Below are positions 21,649-34,545 of a stretch of DNA of 39,868 nucleotides, one piece after another. A program made the position numbers and the translations under genes. Under the pieces are notes generated by a model, which worked only from the letters and a program-made list of their open reading frames with translations, was not told where the DNA came from and did not search any database. This stretch comes from Nemertoderma westbladi (taxonomy: Eukaryota; Animalia; Xenacoelomorpha): positions 1 to 39,868 of the forward strand of contig JAUCBJ010007235.1 of assembly GCA_032718475.1 (NCBI GenBank). Direction: 5' to 3'. Position 1 is the first letter of the stretch. Each line of letters begins with the position of its first letter.

Positions 21649-22189
21649 TGTTAGCTTATTCAATCCCGCCAACACCCCATAAAGTTGTAAGCCGATAAGC
21701 AATATTGGGAGCCACGAGATTGGGCAATTAACCAACTCGTGCCATCCCAATAAGAGTGGGAAGGAAGCACACAACAAGGGGTCAGGGGCCAAACCCCTAA
21801 CCCAGAGAGAACAGGTGGAGTGAACGGGAACACTCCACGGGGCGCCAACAAGGGTAACAACCAATCAGAGGGGGGAAAGGCATCGATTGAGTAGCAATAA
21901 GGCCACCGTGCAATATAACCAATAACCTATTAATCAGTGATTCAGTTATCTCAGTGCAGCAGTGCTAGCGTAGGTTGGTAGTCAATTAGTTTAGTTAGGG
22001 GATCACGGGACTTTAGTTACCGTATCCCGCCTTGTACACATTATATCTATATCTATATCCTATGCCCTATTATTATTATACACCGAACTTCAGAACTCAG
22101 TTACTTTCTTTCATCCTTATACACGGCGGGGACGCGTGGACTAAATTACCACACCGGATAAATCGGGATCCCTCCTGGATCCCGTCACA
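21649..22189 (+). repeat. 3' LTR (541 bp)
   Basis: Direct repeat of 7959-8499, followed by the GTAAA TSD. Confidence 0.97.
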
Positions 22190-22829
22190 GTAAAGTACTT
22201 TGCAACAAGTATGTATGTAGTTTTATTCCAAAATTTTAACATTATGAAATGATTGTACATATACATTATAAGTGATAGAAACCGCACAAATTATATTAGT
22301 TGCTGTATAAATAAATGTAAAAATGGCATAAATTATGTTATAAAAAAGTTGCACAGTTGTAGGACAACAAAAATGTTAGCTTATATTTATGGTGGCGTTT
22401 GGAGCCATTTTAATAATATACGGTAGCTACTGGTCATTAATAATAGTATAGCTACTGGATATCAATAGCTTCCGGTAGGAAACACATTATGCCTACCTGG
22501 CTGTCGGCAATTAATAATAAATACCCATTATTGTTTATGTGATAACCATGGCGACCCCTAGTTTCAGGTTCACTTGCATTGGACGGATGTACTGTAAAGT
22601 CGCTCTGTTGGGACATTACAACATAATAGATATCAATAAATGTACAGGCTGTAATGTCCTCTAAAGTTGTAAAGTGCTAAATAACAACTCGCTGTTAATC
22701 CTAACGGCATTGAGTAATGTTACAATTTTGGAATAAAGTTTCTTAAATACCGATTTTGTGATGGAATCGCTGAATTTTAATTTGTTGTTTCATAACTGAG
22801 CCTCATGCTGCATGCGTTAAGGCCCCTCG

Positions 22830-23030
22830 AACGTGTAAGGATGGTTGACGACCTCCAGTAATTTGGGTCATTGATAGAGAGCTGAAGTTAGGAATGTGAA
22901 AGGCTTGGGTAGCTCTATCAAAATGGATACCATCTGGAAATCAGATCTCTCCAGGCACCTGAAGACTATAAGTTCTTTCGAGCCACAGTGGAAAGTGTAT
23001 TTTAATGTTGAAGTCACCATAATGATGAAG
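22830..23030 (+). mobile_element. Degenerate RTE-like LINE RT C-terminal fragment
   Basis: Broken translation resembling YLGS...IWKSDLSRHLK..FFRATVESV. Confidence 0.5.
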
Positions 23031-23257
23031 AATAACTGCAGTACGACTGGTGAAATATCGATGGAGACATATTTGTTAACCCCCTAAACGCTTGTAGCTA
23101 AAGAACGAACGCAAAAAATAATGGATCACCCACGGAGGAGGAGGGAGATGAAACTATCTCTGTTTCACATTTTATGCAATCTAATTAAGATTTGTAGAAA
23201 AATTTGGGGGGGGGGGGGGCATGTACCAGAATAACGATAATATATTTCAGGACATGG

Positions 23258-24246
23258 TCTATTTAATAATTACTGCAGATAATATATACGCCACATTTAT
23301 AAATATTTTAAAGGAAATTTTAACTGACAATTACCACCAAAATAAATTAGGCCTACAATATCTGATATTGACTAGGTTTGCTGTAAATATTACTCCGACC
23401 ACCACTACATACTGTGCTGTAAAATATAACTTTTAATTAACAAACAATTAGGAAAATTTAACCGTTTTTTTTCACTCAGTCTTGTGTCTCAGTTTCCTTC
23501 GTTATTTGATTGAAATAATTTCTAACAATTTTTAAAATTAAAATAGCTATTTTTTTCACTCTGAAAGCTAACCATAACAAAGCTAACCTAACAAAAATAA
23601 TAAACGAGACTTTATTCCACTTGCCCTTAGACTTTATTCCTTCGTTATTTGATTGAAATAATTTCTAACAATTTTTAAAATTAAAATAGCTATTTTTTTC
23701 ACTCTGAAAGCTAACCATAACAAAGCTAACCTAACAAAAATAATAAACGAGACTTTATTCCACTTGGTCAATGTGCGCTACTATCTACGATGTGATATAT
23801 TTTACTGTTCATTTTTGTTTCGGCTAAAACTTTTAAGTAAGTCTCTGTAGTTCTCCGATTTACTTATTTCCAGTATAAGGCAAGGGGGCAAGGGGGCAAG
23901 GGGGCAAGGGGGCAAGGGGGCAAGGGGGCAAGGGGGCAAGGGGGCAAGGGGGCAAGGGGCTGCAGTGAGTACGTCTTCTAAAAAATCCCGACGTCAACAT
24001 TATAACTCTTTGAAGGTAAGGCAAGGAAAATTTAATTTTGTTTTATTTTTAATTGGTGCATGTGCAAGTCCATATGTCCCCCGCCCCCTCCACACAAAAT
24101 ATTGCACCACACACGCACTCACCAAATGATGCATTAAGATTCAAACGAATTTTTCAAGAATTTTATTAATGACAGATAGTCCCTGTGACTAAAACATCAA
24201 TTCATACTGTGCTAAGTAGTCCTACAAACGGCCAAGTTGATTTTTG
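23258..24246. repeat. Paralogous 3' flank of the gene duplication (matches ~2515-3147 and 4086-4178), with a local ~128-bp duplication (23496-23623 / 23639-23766)
   Basis: Shared strings such as AATAATTACTGCAGATAATATATACGCCACATTTATA and GACAGATAGTCCCTGTGA. Confidence 0.85.
23881..23960 (+). repeat. (CAAGGGGG)n microsatellite, ~10 units, G-quadruplex-prone
   Basis: Perfect 8-bp repeat visible in sequence. Confidence 0.95.
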
Positions 24247-27200
24247 TTATGGATAAACTCCCATGTGCAGGAAATACAGAAAGGCAATAATGGTTGGAGT
24301 TCCACAACCCAATACTTGAATATTAGCCCTGCTAGAAGTGGTTGTACCCTGATCAATGGCGGTTGGAGCCGTTGTCGTCGCATCCTCCTCATCTGTCGTC
24401 GCACCATCATCCTCCGTTGTTGTACCTTGATCATCTGTTTTCGCACCCTGGTCCTTTGCATCTGTGGTTGCAGGTATTCCTGTGAACACAGGATGTTTGT
24501 CCCAGTCAACCGAATTCCCACCATTGTAGTAATCGTCGAGCCATTCTGTCGCTTTTGTATTTTTGCATTCATCTACTCCATTGCAGCATTTAGACTGACA
24601 ACGCACCTTCAATGGATTCAGCTTATTGTCAGACAACTCCATTAGCATATCTTTGCTGTCGTCTCCCATAAGAGTGGAGCATAGCTCTTCGGTTAATTCG
24701 AGACATGCTTGGCATTGCATTACCTCTACGTAACCCAACATTTTAATATCAGAAGACAAGACAGTTTCTGCTGCAACCTGGAAGTAACCCATCACACATG
24801 ATTCGCAGCCACGGGTATTGGTACCCGGTTCCACAACTATGTTATTCATGTTTAATTGTGGGAAATCAGTGTTTGATTGCGATGACATGACAGCTTGGTC
24901 GTGAATGCATGTATAAGTTCCATCCATCTGTAAAATAAATTCAAAAATATTTAAGTAAGAACGCAGATGACCCATTGTTTGCCAAATTTTCATAAACAGT
25001 GGTAAATTGGACAATAACCTGTTTGTACCACCATGCACTATGTTGGGGTCATTAGTTGATAACAACAAAAACGTTTATATAATACATTTGTGCAAAAAAC
25101 ATAAATTTAATTGATAACTTATATCTCTTTGCCCTAACCTCGGAACTTATTGTTTGACTTGTTGTGGAAGGTTCCGAACTTGTCGGTTGTTGTGTTGTCC
25201 CGTCGTTAATTGTTTTGGTTTGCGTTGTTGCAACGCTGGTAGTTGTCGTAACTGGGGAGAACTGTGGTAGGTCCCAGTCGACGGGGCCATCTTTCTGCCC
25301 ATTGGTCGTGAAGTATTCCATCCATTCAAGTTCTCCCAGACCTTCGCATACAGTATCCCCTGCACAGCATCGTAGTTGACAGCTCTTCGTATAAACATCA
25401 ACCTCAGAATTGGAGGCCAATATTGAATCTACTTGATCTTTCATGGGACCATCAGCTTCAGATAGGCTGGTACAAACATCTTCATTCAGTTGGGAACATG
25501 GAGTATCCTTCAAGCAAAAGGTCGTTTTGGAATATACCAAGGTTTTATAGGTGATAAAACCCATGTCTATTACTCCGGTGATCTGTGAATCCATTAAGGC
25601 ACATTGGTCACAATCGTTCATTGAGGTTCCTGCATTTATTTCCATTTCGTGTTCGTAAGTTTCCCAAATTATTTGTGAAACGGTGCGCTCATCTTGGCAA
25701 GTTACCTGCGTCGTTCTGGTAATCTGCGATACAATGAATGCAAGGAAGGCTATGAGTGAAGTGGCAGCGCATACCTCCTAGTACCAGTTGTTTATTGGGT
25801 TCAGTTAATTGTAAATTGGACAATTATTTTATTAATTTCCAATAACCCGTTGTACCACCATGCACTATGTTGAAGTTATTAAAAAAAACGTCATCAGTTG
25901 ATAACAAAAACGTTTATATCGGGCCTAATACATTTTGTGTACAAATTATGTGCAAAAAACATAAATTTATATACTTATTATTATATATACTTATTACACA
26001 TTATTATATATATATATACTTATTTACTACTGATAATTTATATCTCTTTGCCCTAACCTCGGAACTTGTTGTTTGACTTGTTGTGGAAGGTTCCGAACTT
26101 GTCGGTTGTTGTGTTGTCCCGTCGCTAATTGTGGTGGTACCTTGCGATTCTGTTTGTGGTTGTGTTGTCCCATCGCTAATTGTGGTGGTACCTTGCGATT
26201 CTGTTTGTGGTTTCGTTGTCCCATCGCTTATTGTGGTGGTACCTTGCGATTCTGTTTGTGGTTGTGTTGTCCCATCGCTAGTTGTGGTGGTACCTTGCGA
26301 TTCTGTTTGTGGTTTCGTTGTCCCATCGCTTATTGTGGTGGTACCTTGCGATTCTGTTTGTGGTTGTGTTGTCCCATCGCTAGTTGTGGTGGTACCTTGC
26401 GATTCTGTTTGTGGTTTCGTTGTCCCATCGCTAATTGTGGTGGTACCTTGCGATTCTGTTTGTGGTTTCGTTGTCCCATCGCTTATTGTGGTGGTACCTT
26501 GCGATTCTGTTTGTGGTTGTGTTGTCCCATCGCTAGTTGTGGTGGTACCTTGCGATTCTGTTTGTGGTTTCGTTGTCCCATCGCTTATTGTGGTGGTACC
26601 TTGCGATTCTGTTTGTGGTTGTGTTGTCCCATCGCTAGTTGTGGTGGTACCTTGCGATTCTGTTTGTGGTTTCGTTGTCCCATCGCTAATTGTGGTGGTA
26701 CCTTGCGATTCTGTTTGTGGTTTCGTTGTCCCATCGCTTATTGTGGTGGTACCTTGCGATTCTGTTTGTGGTTGCATTGTCTCATCGCTTATTGTGGTGG
26801 TACCTTGCGAATCTGTTTGTGGTTGCATTGTCTCATCGCTAGTTGTGGTGGTACCTTGCGATTCTGTTTGTGGTTTCGTTGTCCCATCGCTTATTGTGGT
26901 GGTACCTTGCGATTCTGTTTGTGGTTTCGTTGTCCCATCACTTATTGTGGTGGTACCTTGCGATTCTGTTTGTGGTTGCATTGTCTCATCGCTAGTTGTG
27001 GTGGTACCTTGCGATTCTGTTTGTGGTTTCGTTGTCCCATCGCTTATTGTGGTGGTACCTTGCGATTCTGTTTGTGGTTTCGTTGTCCCATCGCTTATTG
27101 TGGTGGTACCTTGCGATTCTGTTTGTGGTTTCGTTGTCCCATCGCTTATTGAGGTGGTACCTTGCGATTCTGTTTGTGGTTGCATTGTCTCATCGCTTAT

Positions 27201-28067
27201 TGTGGTGGTACCTTGCGATTCTGTTTGTGGTTGCATTGTCTCATCGCTTATTGTGGTGGTACCTTGCGATTCTGTTTGTGGTTGCATTGTCCCATCGCTA
27301 ATTGTGGTGGTACCTTGCGATTCTTTTTGTGGTTGTGTTGTCCCATCGCTAATTGTGGTGGTACCTTGCGATTCTGTTTGTGGTTGTGTTGTCCCATCGC
27401 TAATTGTGGTGGTACCTTGCGATTCTGTTTGTGGTTTCGTTGTCCCATCGCTTATTGTGGTGGTACCTTGCGATTCTGTTTGTGGTTGTGTTGTTGCAAC
27501 GCTGGTAGTTGTCGTAACTGGGGAGAACTGTGGTAGGTCCCAGACGACGAGGCCATCTTTCTGCCCATTGGTTGTGAAGTATTCTCTCCATTCAAGTTCT
27601 CCCAGACCTTCGCAAACAATATCCCCTGCACAGCATCGTAGTTGACAGCTCTTCTTATAAACATCAACCTGAGAATTTGAGGCCAATACTGAATCTACTT
27701 GATCTTTCATGGGACCATCAGCTTCAGATAGGCTGGTACAAATATCTTCATTGAGTGGGAAACATGGAGTATCCTTCAAGCAAAAGGTCGTTTTGGAATA
27801 TGCCAAGGTTTTAGAGGTGATAGAAGTAAAACCCATGTTTAAACCTATTACTCCGGTGATTTGTGAATCCATTAAGGCACATTGGTCACAATCGTTCATT
27901 GAGGTTCCTGCATTTATTTCGTGATCGTTCTGGTTCAAAAACGAAGTTTCCGCAATTATTTGTGAAACGGTGCGCTCATCTTGGCAAGTTACCTGCGTCG
28001 TTCTGGTAATCTGCGATACAATGAATGCAAGGAAGGCTATTAGTGGAGTGGCAGCGCATACCTCCAT
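24247..28067 (-). CDS. Paralogue B: predicted 3-exon gene (28067-26058; 25777 or 25723-25139; 24927-24247), ~1090-1110 aa, three Cys-rich domains, long mucin stalk, GPI-like tail
   Basis: Same signal peptide and phase-0 GAG|GTTAGG donors (26057, 25138) as paralogue A; acceptor TTACAG|ATG at 24928 (211-bp intron); the middle exon is a stop-free copy of exon 1 lacking the ATG. Inclusion of the middle exon is inferred. Confidence 0.72.
26109..27485 (-). repeat. Coding 51-bp tandem repeat x27 (PQTESQGTTT[I/T]SD[G/E]T[T/M][K/Q])
   Basis: 27 units counted in the translation; all preserve the frame. Confidence 0.95.
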
Positions 28068-28504
28068 AGCGAGGCTGAGTTTTATTCAATATGTTAAGCT
28101 ATGATGATAATCAGTTAGGATGATGAATTATATTGAATAAATAGAGGAGTCATGTTGAGAGTCATATAGACAGTGGACACAAAATAATTAAATACATCTT
28201 CCAAGATCTCTGTGTCTCACACATGGCGTTATATTTTTTTATCATGAACAGTAGATATATCCTTTAGAAGTTATACCGCTGACTGATCACACATCGGTAA
28301 ATTATTGTTATTTATAATCATTCATTATTATTATAAAATTCAACCTACACATCAACTCATTAGGCCTACTTAGCTTAACAGCATACCCTTAACAGCATCA
28401 CCTATAAAATATAATTTTAATTAAATATGTATACTTACTCTGGGATTTAACAAAAAATGTATTTATTTTTACACAACTCTCTACTGAATAAAGTAGTAAA
28501 TAAA

Positions 28505-28668
28505 TTGAGACGCATCTTAAAGGACACTGGCCTTAAAGATGCGGATGATCTAGCAAATGTCATGGGTGATAAGGAGTTGTGGCGGCGCAATTTTGTCGAC
28601 AAGCCGGCACAGCATTCTTAAAAATGTAGCTGCAATGCAGCATGCCGATCCTAGTAGTAGTAGTAGTA
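28505..28668 (+). mobile_element. 5'-truncated RTE-like LINE 3' end with (TAG)n tail
   Basis: Near-identical to 32621-32787; ends CTAGTAGTAGTAGTAGTAG. Confidence 0.8.
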
Positions 28669-28995
28669 GGTTAAAGTGCTGTTGGTTTGTTCTACTATAA
28701 CTCTGTTGTTATAATGTATTTTTACCCTATGGTTGGGTAGAATCTACCATCATGTAGTTCATTTTTGGGTCGCTCTACTGTAAATATTTATATCGCTAAG
28801 GAATTAATTTTATAACCAATCTACTTTTGTGGAGCTTTATAATATACGTACGTACCCGGAAAAGGATTTGGAAAAGCCTGAGACTGAGAATTGGGGAAAT
28901 TAAACATATCATTATATTTTTTGGTGCATAATTGTATTCATGGCAATATATACCTATGTACATATGTATCTACTTTCTTTTCTTTGTATCATATA

Positions 28996-30551
28996 TTTAT
29001 TTTAACCTGACAGACCCTTCTATTTTGCCCAATTTATTTTAACCTGACAGACCCTTCTATTTTGCCCAATTTATTTTAACCTGACAGACCCTTTTATTTT
29101 GCCCAATTTATTTTAACCTGACAGACCCTTTTATTTTGCCCAATTTATTTTAACCTGACAGACCCTTTTATTTTGCCCAATTTATTTTAACCTGACAGAC
29201 CCTTCTATTTTGCCCAATTTATTTTAACCTGACAGACCCTTTTATTTTGCCCAATTTATTTTAACCTGACAGACCCTTTTATTTTGCCCAATTTATTTTA
29301 ACCTGACAGACCCTTCTATTTTGCCCAATTTATTTTAACCTGACAGACCCTTCTATTTTGCCCAATTTATTTTAACCTGACAGACCCTTCTATTTTGCCC
29401 AATTTATTTTAACCTGACAGACCCTTTTATTTTGCCCAATTTATTTTAACCTGACAGACCCTTTTATTTTGCCCAATTTATTTTAACCTGACAGACCCTT
29501 TTATTTTGCCCAATTTATTTTAACCTGACAGACCCTTTTATTTTGCCCAATTTATTTTAACCTGACAGACCCTTTTATTTTGCCCAATTTATTTTAACCT
29601 GACAGACCCTTCTATTTTGCCCAATTTATTTTAACCTGACAGACCCTTTTATTTTGCCCAATTTATTTTAACCTGACAGACCCTTTTATTTTGCCCAATT
29701 TATTTTAACCTGACAGACCCTTTTATTTTGCCCAATTTATTTTAACCTGACAGACCCTTCTATTTTGCCCAATTTATTTTAACCTGACAGACCCTTTTAT
29801 TTTGCCCAATTTATTTTAACCTGACAGACCCTTTTATTTTGCCCAATTTTATTTTAACCTGACAGACCCTTTTATTTTCCCCAATTTATTTTAACCTGAC
29901 AGACCCTTCTATTTTGCCCAATTTATTTTAACCTGACAGACCCTTTTATTTTGCCCAATTTATTTTAACCTGACAGACCCTTTTATTTTGCCCAATTTAT
30001 TTTAACCTGACAGACCCTTTTATTTTGCCCAATTTATTTTAACCTGACAGACCCTTTTATTTTGCCCAATTTATTTTAACCTGACAGACCCTTTTATTTT
30101 GCCCAATTTATTTTAACCTGACAGACCCTTCTATTTTGCCCAATTTATTTTAACCTGACAGACCCTTCTATTTTGCCCAATTTATTTTAACCTGACAGAC
30201 CCTTTTATTTTGCCCAATTTATTTTAACCTGACAGACCCTTTTATTTTGCCCAATTTATTTTAACCTGACAGACCCTTTTATTTTGCCCAATTTATTTTA
30301 ACCTGACAGACCCTTTTATTTTGCCCAATTTATTTTAACCTGACAGACCCTTTTATTTTGCCCAATTTATTTTAACCTGACAGACCCTTTTATTTTGCCC
30401 AATTTATTTTAACCTGACAGACCCTTCTATTTTGCCCAATTTATTTTAACCTGACAGACCCTTCTATTTTGCCCAATTAATTTTAACCTGACAGACCCTT
30501 TTATTTTGCCCAATTTATTTTAACCTGACAGACCCTTTTATTTTGCCCAAT
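28996..30551. repeat. 37-bp satellite/minisatellite, ~42 copies
   Basis: Unit TTTATTTTAACCTGACAGACCCTT(C/T)TATTTTGCCCAA; period 37 (29004, 29041, ...). Confidence 0.97.
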
Positions 30552-30718
30552 GGGCCTATTGCTATTCTGTAACATTTGTAATCAAGATTTTTATCAACCC
30601 TTCCTCAACATCAATTTACCGGTACAAATAATGTAAACCTGATATTTTAAATTTCGATTCGCCAGACCATTTTAAATATAGCCGCCGGTGGCGTAAACTC
30701 CGGATAATAAAATTAATT

Positions 30719-30958
30719 GAACGCAGATTAAGATTCAGTGGGCACTGCTGGAGAAGTAAAGACGAGGTCATACCAGATCTACTATTCTGGCAACCAACTC
30801 ATGTAAAGCGTAGTCGTGGACGACCGGCCATAACATATATAGATCAACTTGAAAGGGATACTGAACTTGGGAGAAACGAAATTGCGACAACTATGGAGAA
30901 TCGGGAAGCCTGGAAGGATCTCATTTCCATTGTCCGAGTTCGCTCGACCTAGTAGTAG
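30719..30958 (+). mobile_element. RTE-like LINE 3' end (second family) with (TAG)n tail
   Basis: ERRLRFSGHCWRSKDE..DLLFWQPTHVKRSRGRPAITYIDQLERDT...ENREAW, then TAGTAGTAG. Confidence 0.8.
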
Positions 30959-31048
30959 TTGTACAGTAGTATGTAGTAGTATTTGTGTGTAAATACTGGC
31001 GCGCTCTCGTCACTGGTGTGATCATGATTCTGTATTTACTCACACTAA

Positions 31049-31238
31049 GGCCGCGTTCACACTACCGAGTCAAAGTCAAAATAAAATAAATATAGTTAGC
31101 TAGCAATAAAAAATAATAATACATTATATAGGCCTAATATAATACATAAGGGGATTCTAGAAAAATGTAAATTTCATGTTTTGTGATTTACATTTTGTCT
31201 TTTGACTTTGACTTTGACTCGGTAGTGTGAACACGGCC
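31049..31238. mobile_element. PIF/Harbinger-type MITE (190 bp)
   Basis: ~32-bp TIRs GGCCG(C/T)GTTCACACTACCGAGTCAAAGTCAAA; TAA TSD at 31046-31048 and 31239-31241. Confidence 0.88.
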
Positions 31239-31420
31239 TAACATAGGCGTATAAATTTTAAACTATGGAAATAAACCATAGTAAACCTGTTGTGTTAACA
31301 GATACGTATATATTACATGTCATTTGTGATTTAATATTTTTCTATTTTATTTGTGATTTTATATTACATGTCATATGGGGTGTGCGCACGATCGAATAGT
31401 TCTTTGGTATTCCTATTTTA

Positions 31421-31678
31421 TAAAAGTAAAGTAAATTTTCTTCGGCCACTAGGCCAGGGATTACGCACAAAGTCTGACGACTTATTTCCAGTGCGGTCCC
31501 CCCCAGAACTTTACTCCCCAGAGGAAACTCCAGTACTCATTTAGCTACCACTTAAGGATGCGCCCTGGCTGGTCCCTTTAAAGCATTCGTGCCGAAACGA
31601 AAACTGCCCTGGCCCATGTGAGCATCGAACCCACGACCTTCAGGAGATGTGAATTCAATGCAACCACTACACCAAGGT
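31421..31678 (-). mobile_element. tRNA-derived SINE
   Basis: Minus-strand head with A-box TGGTGTAGTGG and B-box GGTTCGATGCT; body with AAATGAGTAC...GGGGAGTAAAG; (ACTTT)-type tail; no intact cloverleaf. Confidence 0.7.
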
Positions 31679-32129
31679 GGAACCTAATTTTTGGTTTTGG
31701 TTATGTGTAGGTTGTGTTTCCAATATAGACATGATTGTGATTTGGCTATATCTTGGCTACTTCAAGGCAGGTTGAGCATCACGCAAGGGTGAACACTCCA
31801 TAACTAAATATATCAATATATAATAGTTCCCTTCTTTCCTCTTCCCAGGAGAGAGGCTACAATCCCAATGTACTGCGCTGTTGGTGTACACAACATGACA
31901 CCAGCACGAAATTTATACAGCCAGTATTCATTCGGATTTGAATTTGAGTCGCCAAACACTTGTGAAATCAGATCAGGCCCGTTATCCACTCAGACATACA
32001 CATATGCGCATATAATACATATGGGAAAGTGTTTCCTGGATACATATATGCAAGATCGGACGAAGTTTAAAAATGAAAAAAGTATAGAATGTACAGCTGT
32101 GTAAAAGCTACAACAGCCAAGCCTATAAA

Positions 32130-32787
32130 TATTAGCCTATTAATGGACGCGTGGGCACGTGAGAACGTGGATGACTTCTAATACTTCGGATCATGGACTT
32201 AGGGTCAGGTGAAGACCATCGGATACTTAAGGGGAAGGCATAGGCAGCGTTAAGTATTCTGGCCAGGATTTGGAAGTCCCATAGAATAAAACGGAATCTT
32301 AAGGTTCGATTATTTACGGCAGCAGTCACTAGTATGGGAGTCCATGTTGGGCTCTAACTGCTGAGGACACCAAATCTCTGGATGACATATTCACAAGAAT
32401 GCTACGCCGGGTTCATTGTGTCAAGTGCAATGCACACATCTCCAACCAGACACTATATATCATTGGAGGTGTCTCATTGGTTTCCCCAAGCTTGACACTA
32501 CAACAAAATCGCCTCCGCTTTGCAGGACATAGCTTTCGACGTGAGGACCAGCCAGTGCATAATCTTGTGCTTTGGCACCCTCATGGAATGAATAAGCATG
32601 GTGGACAGCCCATGACTTTCTTGAGACGCATCTTAAAGGACACTGGCCTTGAAGATGCGGATGATCTAGCAAATGTCATGGGTGATAGGGAGTTGTGGCG
32701 ACGCAATTTTGTCGACAAGCCGGCACAGCATTCTTAATATATATATATATAATGCAGCGGCAATGCAGCATGCCGATCGTAGTAGTA
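32130..32787 (+). mobile_element. Degenerate RTE-like LINE 3' portion
   Basis: RIWKSHRIKRNLKVRLFTAAV..., NRLRFAGHSFRREDQPVHNLVLW..., DRELWRR; TAGTAGTAG tail. Confidence 0.8.
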
Positions 32788-34479
32788 GCCTATTAATGCT
32801 AATGAATGTTAACTCTCAAATGAGGTTACAGTGGAGGATTATTCTAATTATTAACACAATTAAAGAGAGTCATGAACACAGGTCAATCTTTCATATATTT
32901 TTCGGCATTGGTTGTCGGAGTGAGATACTGGACTACGTCGTTAGGTGGTGTGTTACTTAGGCAAAAGTGCAGCTGTTGATGATGTTATTGTTTGTTTAGA
33001 GTAAACACATGTTTGTCTGTTCAAATGTAATATGTTACATAACTCGGGCAATCAATCATTTTTTAATAAACGAAAGGTAGAGTACTGTTGATTTGGAAAT
33101 GGCTCCTCCACAGCTAACAATTTTAAGTATATCATTTGAAACTTAGATAGAAATTAGTTAGTGTCAGTTGTTTATTGGGTGTGCAGTTAATATTAGTTAG
33201 TATCAGTTGTTTATTGGGTTCAGGTAATATTAGTTAGTGCCAGTTGGTTTACATATTAAGTATGTTTTAAATGCAATTTTAATGTGAACCGTTTATTGTG
33301 GTTCTCTTTTACATATACTCTGCGTCTGCTCTATACATCAGATGTTAACTGCACATTCATTTCAAGTAATATTTTAATGCAATTTTAATGTGAATCCTTT
33401 TCAGCTAACTGCACATTTAATTCTGTTTAATATTTAAATGCAATTTTAATGTGAACCGTTTATTGTGGTTCTCTTTTACTAATTATGACTCTAATATAGC
33501 CGCCGGGGCGCAAGCCGGATAATAATAATAATAATAATATGTGAACAGCATGACATTGTTACAAAATTAGACTTCTTTATTTTTAAAATATATTAATAAT
33601 TTTTGGAAACTAGAATCAAAAAATTTTAATTTAGACTATGTATCAATGTTTAGACAATGACAGTATAGTATCAGCTTATATACAGTAACAGTACTTCTCA
33701 CAATACAGCTATTTCCATAGATGGAATGTTGTTGAGTGGATTAACAAATCAATAAAGATTTGGTAAATAAAACATATATATCATAGACAATTATGAATAT
33801 GAAACCGGCGACCCGCTGTTACATAAACACAGAAACACATGTCATAAGAATTGCATCATTGATTTATATATGCAATGGAATGGAACTTCTTTAACGACAA
33901 CACATAATAATTTCAGCTAATTATTTGTGTTATAATAGTCCGACGGAATTTATACCATGCAATTGCGTCATGTCAAGTTTACGATACTTAAGGAAATAAA
34001 ATAAATAGATAAAAGTAAATAAATAAAATAATTAAAATTCTGGGGGGGGGGGGGGGGGGGGTAAACCCCCCTCAGATCAAAATTATCGTTTCTTGTTTTT
34101 TTATTTCATCTAGAGCAGAATTTAATGTGGATTTGAAATCTGGAAATGGCTTAGAAAGATTGAGGAGGGAGGATTTGAGTTAGGAAGATTTCTTCAGTTT
34201 TTATAATAGTATCGGGGCGGAAACACCAGTTCTAAACCAAATTGTTTAATTCTAAATGGATGCCTTAAAGTCGGCTTGTCGTAGTTTTAAGGAATGTCAT
34301 TGACTGAGTTCAACAATTTCTCTCCTAGACAGTGTCACCGAATGTGCCAAACAGACCATGAAACACCCCCTCCCGGCGTAACAACCAGTGGTCTGCTGGT
34401 AGAGATAACATAGCCACCATCACTCATATAAAAATGACTGGGGTGTGACTACCGTATTCTACCGAGTAATGACACCGCA

Positions 34480-34545
34480 TTCTACCGTGTACTATCTTGT
34501 ACTACCGTGTACTACCGTGTACTACCGTGTACTACCGTGTACTAC
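34480..34545 (+). repeat. (TACCGTGTAC)n 10-bp repeat
   Basis: About 6 units visible. Confidence 0.85.

Larger units (their letters stand above)
7959..22189 (+). mobile_element. Full-length BEL/Pao LTR retrotransposon, 14,231 bp, with an extra third ORF
   Basis: Two 541-bp TG...CA LTRs; GTAAA TSD at 7954-7958 and 22190-22194; Gag-PR-RT-RNaseH-IN order with Pao-type motifs; PPT before the 3' LTR. Confidence 0.97.

Noticed and set aside
26073-27645. Long plus-strand Cys/Val-rich ORFs (359 and 520 aa; also 5086-5500)
   Set aside because: Antisense shadows of the 51-bp coding repeat; the minus-strand frame has the signal peptide and splice sites.
28996-30551. 37-bp repeat as a CRISPR array
   Set aside because: Units are head-to-tail without spacers; it is a satellite.
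31600-31678. Functional tRNA gene
   Set aside because: A and B boxes are present but stems do not form a cloverleaf, and a SINE body and tail follow.
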